A stretch of 64,000 nucleotides of DNA from Adineta vaga (lineage: Eukaryota; Animalia; Rotifera), in assembly GCA_021613535.1 (NCBI GenBank), contig CP075495.1:13268001-13332000 (forward strand). Reading direction: 5' to 3'. Made by a program: the position numbers and the translations under genes. Below, piece after piece: positions 27,993-41,433 of this stretch. The notes beneath the pieces were generated by a model. That model worked only from the letters and a program-made list of their open reading frames with translations. It searched no databases and was not told the origin of the DNA. Every line of letters begins with the position of its first letter. The first letter of the stretch is position 1.

Positions 27993-29160
27993 ATGTTTGT
28001 TGATTTTCTTAAATTAATATTTGATAAAAAATTCTTATTAAGTATTGGTCTTCACATATTACAAGGTCTTATATTTGAAAAAAGTAAACTTTATTATCCC
28101 TATACATTTGGTCGAAATATTTTATTTATAAAAACTGATTTATATAAATTTTATATTTCAATATGTTTTATATCATTGGGTATACCTTATGTTTTAAGTA
28201 AATTATTTCCAAATAAATATTGTTTAGCACGTTCTCATGTTATTAATCGTTATGAAAATCAACCATTAATAGATAATCATGTTGGCGGATATTTATTAGG
28301 ATTTTCTATGTTATTAACTGGCTTTTGTCCATCGTATTTACCAATTTATTTAGCAATTAATCCTATTTTATTTCTTTATGGAATTGTTGCTAGTTATATT
28401 GCATTTTTAATTTATCATATTTACGATAAAGTTGTTTTACATCGTATTCGATCGAAATTTACTGATAATGAAAAGAAAACTTCGGGTAAATGATGAATTC
28501 AACAAAAAAAAAGAGTATCAAATTTACTTTGTTATATGTTTAGATTCCGTTTCAAATGATAAGGAAACTCTTTATAATATTGAACGTATCATAATTCTTT
28601 CTATTTGTGTTATATTTTTATTAATACTCGAAACAATTGAACAATCATTACCACCAGGACATTCATCTGAAGAATTACATGATTTAATAAATAGTGGTGA
28701 TTATCTACCACCAGGTTTAACTGGTGTTCTATGTGGATTAATTACAACATTATTAGTTTTCATTTGCAATGAATGTCAAACATTAACAAGTGAATGGTTA
28801 ATTAATCTTTTTTCATATACATCAGGTTTTCCACGTCGAACAGTTCATGTTACTGGTCGATTATGTATTGAACAAATTTTGAAAGTTCTTTCGATAACAT
28901 TTGGTGCTCGTTTATCCTTATGGTTAAGTAGTGGACAAGAAATACCAAATATCGATCGACTTTTTTATTCATTAGTTACAATTGGATCATTTATTGCAGC
29001 AGTATCTATTTGCTTAACAACAACAACATTTACTGATCATGTTTATTTAACAAATGCATTTGTTGGAAATATTACATCGGAAATTGTTTCTATAACTGTT
29101 GTTTCAGTTTGGATCATATTATATATAACTCAACTATTTGGAATTACAAATCTCGGATGA
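27993..29160 (+). CDS. Polytopic membrane protein, divergent YeeE/YedE (sulfur-compound transporter)-like; intron 28486-28543
   Basis: Two hydrophobic ORFs join in frame. GGYLLGFSMLLTGFCP resembles the YeeE/YedE GGxxxGxGMxLxGxCP motif. GLIFEKSKLYYP and PPGLTGVLCGL fit the eukaryotic members as I recall them. Confidence 0.65.
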
Positions 29161-31010
29161 TATGTTTCATTGTTTTTCTTTTCTACAAATATTAGCTTCG
29201 TGTCAGATGACATACCATGTTGGTTTTACCGTTTGAAATAAAAAAAAATATTAGAATTTACGTTCTTATTATATGAAGAAGATTTTTGGTGTATCGTCAA
29301 TATTCCAATATTTTACTTTTAAATATAAAACATGCTAAGAAGAATGAAATAAGTCTATTCAATATGTATATTCTCAGAACATTTCTGACTAACTTTTTGT
29401 TTTAGTTATAAGGATAGGAGAAATTGGATTGACGTGAACATAGCTTCAGTTTTTGGTTCTTTCGCAAATATATCTGAATCAACCTGTTCATAACTTCAAC
29501 TTAAACTTGAATTATCCAATTCTTTTCTTAATCTCTTTGTAATCATTGAAGCAGTATGGAGAATTAGTATTCGATCATTGGCACGTCATTGACAAGCTAA
29601 ATCAATAATGACAAACGACAGCTCTAATCCGAGCTTTCTATCTCCATATCAGTATGATTTCATTCAACGATCAACTATAGATAGAATATATGTGAAATGT
29701 TCATATTGACATCATTTATATTAACTATTAAAACTTCAGAATAAAATAAATCGACTTCAGCAAGCATAATAACATCTGCTCTATCTCTGTACTCAAAATC
29801 TACATCATGGCAGATCATTAGTTGAAGTAGGATAAGAAGAATGCAAAAATAATTCATTATCGAGACTTACCATTCTTCATCAACATGCTTTGTTCAATAG
29901 ATACCTGTACTTTGCACATTAAACCAAATAGCTTTTTGTTATCAAACAATCAGTTTGCCTCAAAGAAAAAGAGAATTAGTTTTTGTTTTATTGTAGTTAT
30001 ATCTAAGTTATTAGAGAGTTAGTATCCATTTTGCAAAAAGCTTGTAGATATGAATGAATATTTCGTTGCGTTATGATCAAAGATGTAATCAGTAAAGTAA
30101 AATTCCGTCTGATATTTTTGTTTCTGTCAAAAGAATTCCTTCATTGATAATTCCATTTTACAACAAATAATCATAAATCTAATGAATATGGCTGATACAT
30201 AATCCTTCTTTATCTCTCCTTCAAATCCCTACATATTCGTCAAGTGGTATCTATCCAAAATTCTTACATCAAACTTTGGATAATCTCAGAATTAGTTTAG
30301 AAATTTCTCATCAAAATCTCGAACATAAAATGATTGTTTTAAACGAGATTAACACGATATGCACACCAAATATCCGACACATGTTCTTCATAAACAATTA
30401 GACTTTGTCACGTCATTGGATTTCTCAGCCGTTTTGCAGGTTCATGGCAATCATTGCTATGAAAAATTGTTTGATTATTTGAAATGTCGAATGTTCGATA
30501 ACAGTCATCAATTTTAATAGATCGATCACTTATGAAAGAAACGTTTTTCGAAACTGTAAAATATTCAGAGACAGTTACGTAGGTCGAGCAATAGTAGAAG
30601 CTGACTATGCCCATCGATAGTCTCAACATCATCGTGGTATAAATGATCCATTATCTGCTCTGTTATTTATAACTGTGTATCTATCATAAACGACACATCA
30701 TACTTTCTTATGTTCAGTTCTCAAAGGTAAGTATACAAATAATGTATAACTTATAAATGTTGTCTCATTGTTTTTTTCATTTACAAAGAATTTTTTTTAG
30801 ATAATTTCATTTGTGTAATTATTTTTCTAGATTATTTTATTATTTCATATGTCGATAGTTGTCACTAATAAACAGTTTTATTCTATTCAATAAACTGATT
30901 GGTTATGACTATTTGATTGACTAGATGTTTTTTCTCTCTCTTATGGTTCTTTGTTCAGATGCAGAATTTCAACATTTGTTCAAAATAAATTGTTGAAGTA
31001 ATCTTGTTAA

Positions 31011-32050
<1,040 letters not shown>

Positions 32051-32708
32051 AATTTCATGTGAAAAGAAATTCAAATGATATATTTCAAACGAACACAATA
32101 AGAATGTTTGTTTCTTTCTGTTTTTTTTCCTTAACATTGTTTTCGTTCGTTTATTATTCATTGTCCTAGTCGAGAATAAAAGTTTCAAAGCACCGTATTG
32201 TATGTGTGCATTAATGAAATTTATTTGTCAGATAAAACATTTTCTTCATGTCATTCTGTTTGTTTTTTTGCTGTCTATTTGTCGCTGAAAAAAAAACTAA
32301 TGTAGCTGTGATATATTTTCTGTAAGCGTATAGACAAATATGAACCGGAAGATTGTACAAAAAAAAATAATAATGAAGTTCTGTACAGTTATATCTTATT
32401 TCTATGAGAAAAAAGACATATTCGTGTACAATTCGGTTTTCGATTATGTAGAAAAAAACAACAAGATAATACAGCTAAATAATTTCATTAAATACTTTTT
32501 GAATGTTTGGAAGATATTTTCTATCGATGAACACTATCAATACATATAATATCAATCATTAACAGTACAAAACGGCATAGCTTGTCGAGAACTATTTTAT
32601 GATGAACTTCATCGTATACGTTTTTTTCGAACAAATAATTTAAATGCAAAGAAAAACAGAATTTAAAAGCAAAGACAAATCCTGATAGGTTTGTTATAAT
32701 CACCAATA

Positions 32709-33631
32709 TTATCTAAAAAATGCTCGATTCAATCGAAGCATACCATATTCAAAATAACTTTGAGCACCATATAAGTTTGGTTCTTTATGAAATATAGCAT
32801 AATTATTTTCACGAAATAATTCAAATAATCGATGTGCACGTTGAACCGATTCAGTATCATATTCATCACCAAGATGAATTTCAAAGAGAATTTGACGAAT
32901 ATATGGAATATTGTTATGTTTTTTTTTCGATTTACGAAATAGTTCTTCGAATAGTTTGTATTCACTACCCTCGATATCGACTTTGAGAATATGTATTTGT
33001 CTATCTTCATGACCAAGTTCGTTCATAATCATTTGTAACGATTTAGAGCGATGATCTTTTCCATCACCTAAAAGAGCACGATGATATGTACAAATATCCT
33101 CTGGACATTCGTAATGTCCACTGTCAAATGTATGGATATCTGCTGATGGTAATTTCTTTTTAACCGCACTTTCAAAACTGAATTCATCATTGGAACCAAA
33201 TGAATAGATCAAGAGTTCCGAATCAATTAGTTCTTTAAAACGATGTATATCACAGATCCATTTTCCACCATCACCAGGTTTACCAATTCGACGTTCAAAT
33301 GCGCAATGTATTGTTGGTTCCCAATTATCCTGGAAAAATAAGTATCGTTCTTCGGATATACGATTACGCTGATGTTGTGTATGGTCAATCATTTTTCGAC
33401 GTTTCCAATTCGAATCTGATTCACAAAACCATCCATCAGATTCAGCCATTGAAAGTTGACATGCATCAGGACCAATATCAGATGATGGAACAAAATGAAT
33501 AGTTGTTGTAGGTGTGTGCATACTTGCGGTAAATATGTATATTGAAGTCCAACGAGAATAATAAAGACAAAAAAAAGCAATATTTTATTCGTATGTTTTC
33601 CAAGTAAATTTTGTTTTCTTCTAGGTCCCAT
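32709..33631 (-). pseudogene. METTL24-like (Methyltransf_22) methyltransferase copy 1, frameshifted between signal anchor and catalytic domain
   Basis: Catalytic ORF 32709-33521 has DGGKWIC, IYSFG, ILKVDIEGSE and QILFEIH. The TM anchor ORF starting at 33631 is in another frame. The paralogs are continuous across this point. Confidence 0.7.
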
Positions 33632-34420
33632 TGATAGTCGAGAAAGACAAATATAATCGATTCGACACTAAAAAAAAGAATTAATAACTTGATTACGTTT
33701 GTCTTGTGAGTATGATCGAGATCATCACACCCTCAGTCCTTTTTGTTAGTAGGAAAATACTGTTATAAGAGTAGCATGTTTCATTAAAGTCTAAACACAA
33801 ATTTATGATGTTGAAAAAATATAAGATCTTACAATAACAATACTATTCTTTCAATCAGATTCATATTTCATATACAAGTCATGCGCATTTTTTTAGTGTA
33901 TAACTCAATGACGAATATTTATCCTTCTCGAATATGATTGGAACAGTAAAACCGTTTCTAATCAATGATGCACGTGTAATGTCTTCCATAGTATTTACCT
34001 GTACAGAAGTAAATTATGGTATTATTTGGATCATATACGAAAGTAATTTTAATGTAAACAAGATTTTCTTCCAGTTCAAGATTACAGATGAGACAACTTA
34101 TGATAAGATTCCAATTAACGCTGTCACGATGAAAAGATATTTCTCGCTATTGTAAACGAATAGCACAAGAGATAAGAATATTGTCATCTTTGAAAAATAA
34201 AAAGTAAATTAAACGAATTTTTCATATATATGTATGAATATATAATTTTATTCGGTATTGGAGAAGAACGAAAAATACAAAGTCAAAAAAATATGTCTCT
34301 GAAGATCTTCTGTGCAGAATTTAACAAAATAAAATGAAATGATGTCGCATAATATACTTTTTATATGAAAATATTTCTGCATTATAACTATTATTTAATA
34401 AATATAATCTATCACAAATA

Positions 34421-35344
34421 TCAATTGAAAAAGGCTGGATTCAATCGAATCATACCATATTCATGAACATTCTTTGCACTAGACAAGTTGGGTTCTTTAT
34501 GAAATATTGCATAGTTATTCTCACGAAATAATTCAAAGAATCGATGTGCACGTTGAACCGATTCAATATCATATTCATCATCACCAAGATGAATTTCAAA
34601 GAGAATTTGACGAACATATGGAATGCGTTTACGTTTTGCTTTTGATCGACGAAACAATGTTTCGAATAATTCATATTCACTACCTTCAATATCAACTTTA
34701 AGTATATGAATTTGTCGTTTTTCATGACCAAGTTCTTTCATAATCATTTGTATGGATTTTGTACCATCATCATTGCCACCACCCAAACGTGCTCGATGAT
34801 ATGTACAAACATCATCAGGACATTGATACGATCCTGTGTCAAAAGTATGAATTTCTACATTGGGTAGTTCTTTTTTGATTGCCTGTTCGAAACTGAATTC
34901 CTCATTACAACCAAATGAATAGATCAACAAATTAGTATCATTCATCTGTTGAAACCGATGTATATCACAGATCCATTTTCCACCATCACCAGTATTACCA
35001 ATCCGTCGTTCAAATTCACAATGTATTGTTGGTTCCCAATTAAAGAAAAACATATCTCGTTGATTTGAATAATGACTTCGTTTATTTTGTGATCGATGTA
35101 TCGTTTTTCGACGTTTCCAGTCTGAGTCTGATTCACAAAACCATCCGTCTGATTCACTCATCGATAATTGACATTGATGAAGACTGATATCGGGTTCCGG
35201 AATGTAACTAGTATTTTCCAATGATGTTGGTTCATTAGATATCATAGTTGTATATTGAAAAATAAAAACAATGATGAGAAGAAGAACAAACAATATTATT
35301 TTGATAGATGCTCGTAGTAATTTTCGTCTTCTTCTATTCCACAT
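34421..35344 (-). CDS. METTL24-like type II membrane methyltransferase copy 2, uninterrupted CDS
   Basis: Basic N-terminus plus TM anchor, then DGGKWIC, IYSFG, HTFD, ILKVDIEGSE and QILFEIH. Confidence 0.85.
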   Translation of the reverse strand: MWNRRRRKLLRASIKIILFVLLLIIVFIFQYTTMISNEPTSLENTSYIPEPDISLHQCQLSMSESDGWFCESDSDWKRRKTIHRSQNKRSHYSNQRDMFFFNWEPTIHCEFERRIGNTGDGGKWICDIHRFQQMNDTNLLIYSFGCNEEFSFEQAIKKELPNVEIHTFDTGSYQCPDDVCTYHRARLGGGNDDGTKSIQMIMKELGHEKRQIHILKVDIEGSEYELFETLFRRSKAKRKRIPYVRQILFEIHLGDDEYDIESVQRAHRFFELFRENNYAIFHKEPNLSSAKNVHEYGMIRLNPAFFN

Positions 35345-36274
35345 GAATAGTTAAGTAATGTGCGTATAATTCAATGAAAACTATGTGAACGAAAAAATAA
35401 TATATGTATGAATATACTCATATGGAAATGTGAGAATTACAGAAATAAGAAAAACGAGAAAGATAAAGATTGTACCATAATATAGTGTCTTCGAAGTTAC
35501 CATACATAGATAAATACGTGTAGTTTTCGAAAAAATCTTATCGCAAAAAAAAAACTTCTTCAAATTCTACTTCGCAATTTATGAGAAATGAACTAAACTT
35601 AAAAGAAAAAATAGTTGATATTTCTTTCTATTATACGAATGATTAAATCACGTTTTCTAAAATCGTGTAGGAAAGAAAAATTAAAATTAAAAAAACGTTT
35701 CTTCTTTGTTATATATTACGCATGAGAAATACAATTGATCTTTGTGAGCTTGTACTTACCAATAAATTATTGATCAAATTTGATTTAAATAAAAATCGTT
35801 TGTCCAAAAGAATAATTATTCTGATAAACTTTTTTCCAAGTCCTAATCCAGAATAGAAATTTTAATAATACGAAATGAAAACAATGTTTTTGTTGCATAT
35901 TCTTTTCGTTGGTATTTATTGACCTAGTTCATCACTTCAATGATATTTGAATCACAATGAATACATCGTTTTATACTAGTTACACTTATAGAGCACGAGA
36001 GAAGCGTATATAACACTTTTTCATGTTGACGACGACATAGGAATGAAAAAAGAAGTGAAGCGTATCATTTATGTATCATTTTGTACATTAAAGCTTTTTC
36101 TTTTTGAATTCAAAATTTTTGTCCTGATTATTCATATGATTCGATTTAACATAGAAACATATGTTTTAGTGAGTTTTTATCGCAAAATATCGATAAATTA
36201 TTACCAAGAGATAATACCTAGATAGGTATTCTTATAATTTATTCGTAACTAGTCCATGATACAATTAATGAAAA

Positions 36275-37148
36275 TTAGTTTGAAAGTTCGATTTCATTGC
36301 AACCGTCTCTCGTAAAAGCTTTTTGAGATATATTAAGTTGACGCAATATATTATTTTGTTCAAACATATTTTGTTGAAGTAATTCAGCTAGATAAACGCT
36401 TTCATTATCGGTTATTTTTGTCACATCAAGTGAAAGAACTTTCAGAGTTGTATTTTCTATTAAAGCTTGAGCAATATGTATCGCACCGTCATCACCAATC
36501 GAATTAGCACCCATAAAAAGATCAGTTAGTGTTGAATTCGATTGTAAAAGTTGAGCAAGAAATTTACATCCTTCAGTTGTCAGTTGAGTGTGGGTAATAT
36601 CAACGAAAGTAAAGTTGATATTCATGTGTTTGACTGAACTGCTTTCGCAAAATACTAAATTTCTTCATGAATCATCATATTTTCGGAAAGGAATAGCTCG
36701 TTACACAGCAATTGGCATATCGTGATCCGTCAAATCTTGTTTGCAAAGATCTACATCATTGTTAGATGGACATTGGTTAATTAATCGTTCTAATCTCTCC
36801 TTTTGATAACCTTTATCTAGTGGCAAAGGTTCTTAGTTTTCACGTTCAAATACAAGCTCAGTAGACATGGTTATTCAGAGGGAGTTCATTGAGAGAAAAT
36901 GGAGCATCAACTTCTTTCAAATGAACAATATGGAGATTTGATGAACGTTTCAATTTACTAATCACTTCAAATTGTGTTGAAGGTAGAAGAACTTCGTTTT
37001 CAACATTGATGTATGAATGTGATTGGATAGATTTTCCATTTTTCCATTCAATATTAAATAGTGTCCGAGAGTCGTGATTACCAAGAAATTGTTCAGATTC
37101 AAGAACAGCAAGAGAATCTCCACCGTATATAACGTTTGCCAATCTCAT
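36275..37148 (-). pseudogene. Decayed ADP-ribosyltransferase (ART) + ribonuclease-inhibitor-type LRR (NLRC3-like) gene
   Basis: ART C-terminal half (RTLFNIE...GKSIQSHSY...ENEVLL.STQFEV), then a linker with in-frame stops, then LRRs (LTDLFMGANSIGDDGAIHIAQALIENTTLKVLSL). The ART N-terminus is missing. Confidence 0.75.
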
Positions 37149-37870
37149 ATTGTTTGTACTTTTCAGTTATACGTGTATTTATATAGTTACGCGCATTCGT
37201 TTCATAACGACACATGCGTATGCGATAAAAACAATCATTTCTTTTAGCATAGTAGAAAGAAATCAAGAGTAAACAAATGTTCTAAATTTCAGTTCCAGCC
37301 GAATTTCTTGCTTTCTTCTTGCAGAGAATTGCGGGTAAAAGATCACTTATTTGTGAAAAAGGAACTGAATGCTAGAAAATAGTGAAAAAGATTGTTATTT
37401 GAAATCTATATCACCATAGGCAAACTAAATACAACAACAACATTATTGCCACATCTTATTGGATAATCTTACATTTTTGAGTTTGAATTTGCAACACAAG
37501 GTATCCTAAAAGAAGTACTTGATGTATATATTCAATATAAATGACGATAAATCATTGCTTCTAGCTGCGAGCAGTTCAATTCTCTGATAAAATTCCGAAT
37601 TCAATTTCAAAACTCTCATCAAGCAAAATGTTAGACAGGTTTCATCTTCTGTCTAGTAGAAGAAGTTCATTAAAAATGTTTTCATGTTTTTATTGAAATA
37701 CAGAGAGTAAGGATATGGAGTATGCATTGTTTCCATATCCCTATACATATGATCATCGTGTTTCAATATTTATTATTTGCTCTTAGAATAATTTTCTAAA
37801 ATAAAATTTTTAATCAAGAAAAAACAATCAATTTATTCTTTTCGTTTGTTTATTACGTATTTAATATATA

Positions 37871-38503
37871 TCATCCAAAAAAGAATTGACACCTGTTTCT
37901 TAATAGAAATAATTCGAAGCGATTGAGAAAAAAATCAAGATGACTTTCAGCAAAACGCATAATAAAGAAAAGAGGAATCTTAAAAGAGATTGCCGTGATA
38001 TAATATTGCTGATATTCGTCGAAGACGATGTCTGGACATCCAAATGAATATTCTATAAGATAGCCAATACAAAGCAACGGAGCAAAGGTAGCTTCAACAA
38101 CCCATCGATGTATATTGATCGATTTTACTTGATTAGGATTAGTCGATAGTCCATACCATTGATAAATATAGCAAAATAGAATATAAACAAAAATTAATGC
38201 CGCGTCTTTTATCAATACAATTGCTGCGTAGTTGTATCTTCTTAAAGGCGAATAGGATCCCAAGGGGATATCTGATTGAATTATATGACAGAAATAACGA
38301 AAACGAGCAGAAATCATGAACAAAATAATAGAGAAATTCAGAAAAGGTAAATAAATGATGCCAAATATCGCTTCAACAATCAATACAACCGTTAAATGGG
38401 TTTGTAAACGAGGTCCCATGCTCACTTGACATATCATTCGTTTGTCATTCGTTACCAAAAGTTGATCAAAAAACAAAGACGATGTTTTATTCGTTAATGA
38501 CAT
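37871..38503 (-). CDS. Orphan multi-pass membrane protein
   Basis: 210-aa ORF with about four hydrophobic segments and no recognised motif. Confidence 0.5.
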   Translation of the reverse strand: MSLTNKTSSLFFDQLLVTNDKRMICQVSMGPRLQTHLTVVLIVEAIFGIIYLPFLNFSIILFMISARFRYFCHIIQSDIPLGSYSPLRRYNYAAIVLIKDAALIFVYILFCYIYQWYGLSTNPNQVKSINIHRWVVEATFAPLLCIGYLIEYSFGCPDIVFDEYQQYYITAISFKIPLFFIMRFAESHLDFFLNRFELFLLRNRCQFFFG

Positions 38504-38919
38504 CGATTACATCAATGAATATTTTCTTTTTTCTTTTTCATTATTTATCTCGATTGCCTAAGAATAAAAAGTAGTCTGAGATATGCGACACATATTCGTC
38601 GGGCGTGACCTTTAGTCATTTGTGTCTCTTCTTTTTTATAAATGATTTTTTGAGAATAGGCATATGTCTATGATAAGTCAATGTCTTTCTTTAGTCAAAA
38701 TGTCGACGATTATATTGAATTTTTCGAAGGGAAGAGTCACTCATTTTTTTTCCTTCTCCGATCACTTTTCTATGACATAAGAAAACTTTTCTTGTGAAAA
38801 TTTATCTACTTTTATCAACATATATCATTATTAGAGAATAAAATCTTATTATGTCTGAATTAGAGAAATTTTATTTCATAGAAGTATCATAGAAATCTAT
38901 ATGAAGACAATTATTTCAT

Positions 38920-39531
38920 TCACATGTTGAAGACTTTGTAGTATATGAAGTTGATATAAAGTAAAAAAGCTCCTATAGAAGTGCCAATAAACATGAAAAA
39001 CCCAAGAGATCTTATTTTTAATAGAAAATAAACTATAGATATTTCGTCCATTTGAGGATCAGATCTTATGAATGTGATAATCGAATGGGTACATTTGAAA
39101 TTTGTAAAATAAACTATGGTGATTAATAACACACAATATTGATACATGATTGAATCGAATAAAGTTCTCGTAAAAAGATTTAAAAGAAATTCAATTGTAA
39201 TTAAGCATATCGAATAGCGGTGCTTAATACTTAATAAATACCGCTTGGCAGCTAAATCATTTTCACTTGCATTTTTTCGAAAGCGCCATTGCTTAGTTGA
39301 AACCATATGAAGCATTTGTTCCACTAGCTTTATTCCAATAGTCATAGAACAGCAAAGAATAATTAACAATAGTCGTACTATTAAATCAATACTGTCGTTT
39401 AAGCTATTTGTAAATTGCTTATACCACTTCTAGAGAAAAAATAACGGAGATTTATTCGTCGAATGTTTGTCTATGAACTTTTCTCTCACCATGTTTGATA
39501 AAACTGATGAAAATAATCGTACCTGTAACAT
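38920..39531 (-). CDS. Orphan multi-pass membrane protein, 2 exons (39531-39490, 39429-38920)
   Basis: An ATG exon joins a hydrophobic ORF in frame through a 60-nt GTGAG...TAG intron. Confidence 0.5.
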
Positions 39532-40954
39532 TTTGATGATTTTCTCTCTCCTGTCCTTCGATTATAGAAAAGAAAAAGTTAGTTAAGATGAAAATCACGT
39601 GTTTCTATCGATAGAAACGGAAACGATCGAATTTTCTCGAATAACATCTATCATCACTTGAAAGAAAAGCTGCTAGCTATTATTCGAATAACTTTTGAAA
39701 TGAATGACACGAACCAGTGCAGTGTAGATCCCTAAAATTTTGTACGGCTCAAATGTGTTTTATTCATACGAATAATTGAAGATTTATTTTAAACAAAATT
39801 TTCACTATTGAATACTCGATATTGAAGAGATAATCAATTAACCATACATCAAATGATGGCGATCAATTTTCGATATGAGATTTGATAAACAAAGAGTGTG
39901 TATTTTTTATTGAAAGAAAATCATATCTTAAAAAATAAATCGTTGTGATGATGCGAATCAAAAACTTGTTTCATTCACATATTTTAATTGATATATTGTA
40001 CGTTTCGAGTTCAATTCTATTCGTATACATGAAAAGACGAATAATCTTGATCGAGTTATTCTCAATCAAACACTGATTGCCAAGAAGAAACATGTATGGG
40101 GAATGTTTTAAATATCAACTGAAAGTACAAAAAGTGGTAATAAATACTCAATACTACTATTTACAAAACTCACCTTGTATAAATATGAGCAAGAATGACT
40201 AATGTCTTGCATTTTTATATAAAAACATCAAGGAGAGTATGAGAGTGGTTGATAATGAGATGTACTATCCTCGCGTTCATTCTTAAAATTATCAAAACAA
40301 ATGTACCGTTAGATTCCCCAATCATAACTAGGATGTGAGTGTATGTACTCAGTCATTTCTGATTCGCACCTACACGCTTAATCACTTTGAAACTATTTGA
40401 TAAAACAGTTTTAAAATGATATTCTTATGATATTTTAACATCAGATATTATTTCTTCTTTCGCTTCTGATAAACTAAAATTTAAAAATTCATATAACAAT
40501 ATCGATAATATGAAACTTGTTATCGTCTATTCATAAAACTGATAAAATTTCATACCTCTTGTTCGCGCTATTTCATCTTCGAACAAAGCTCTATTTTTCT
40601 CTGGACAAGTGTATAGATAAGACATACAAATATAATAGTATCTCAAGAAATTATATCCATTTGTTAAGTTTAAATGATCATAATTATATACCGATTAAAT
40701 ACTTGTGACTTTTCAAAAACGTTTCTATACATATTCGATTCTTATAATTCAAATTAGACACTTTCAACTAATATCTGAAAATAATTTATAGAAAAATATT
40801 TATGCGCAAAAAGTCCTCACATTATGAAACAATACATTTGATCTAATAATGAAGTAAAAAGAAACTTTGCATGTATATACAATTGATTTTTGAAATGTAC
40901 CATCACTATCTGCAAGTAAAATATAGACTGGCAATTGTTTTTCACAATAGAAGA

Positions 40955-41290
40955 TAGCAGCCGTATCCGCTACTAATCAAGATAGTTTGATACAGAACGT
41001 GTAAATTATCGTAGATGTGCGTTCAGACGGCCTTCAGCCGCCTTTGCTATCAATCTTTTTAACATTTTGAAATGCTGCAATCCTATTGGTCAGTTTCATA
41101 TATTGCCTGTAGCAAGCGTAAAATTCTTTGTTTTTTTCGGAAAAAAGTAGATGTCGACCTTCCCCTGAATGTAGAGACCATCTCTGGAAAGTTTCATTGC
41201 ATTTGCTCGTACGGTCTCCAAATGCATACCGAACAAACAGATAGACAAACAAACTTTCTTCTTTATATATATAGAAGATAGATAGATAGA
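40955..41290 (-). mobile_element. Putative non-autonomous Helitron-like element
   Basis: The minus strand begins A|TC TATCTATC...TATATATAAAG followed by a GTTT/GTCT microsatellite. There is a GC-rich hairpin AGGCGGC-tgaag-GCCGTCT toward the 3' end, and GC is higher than in the flanks. The 3' boundary is uncertain. Confidence 0.5.
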
Positions 41291-41433
41291 TAATTGTTTT
41301 GATCTTCTGTACGAATAAAAGTCACTATATTTTCGTATCTTTTTAATTACTAACAACCATTTGGAACTTCATTTTTATAGAAAATAAACAACATAGTATA
41401 CGAAATGCAATACATGAACTTTAACAATTAGTA

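Noticed and set aside
29350-30700. Short ORFs and coding-like fragments
   Set aside because: No coherent frame or family motif.
35381-35563. Small hydrophobic ORF upstream of methyltransferase copy 2
   Set aside because: More likely a 5' UTR intron: it contains GTAACTTCGA on the minus strand, also found upstream of copy 3, followed by pyrimidine tracts.
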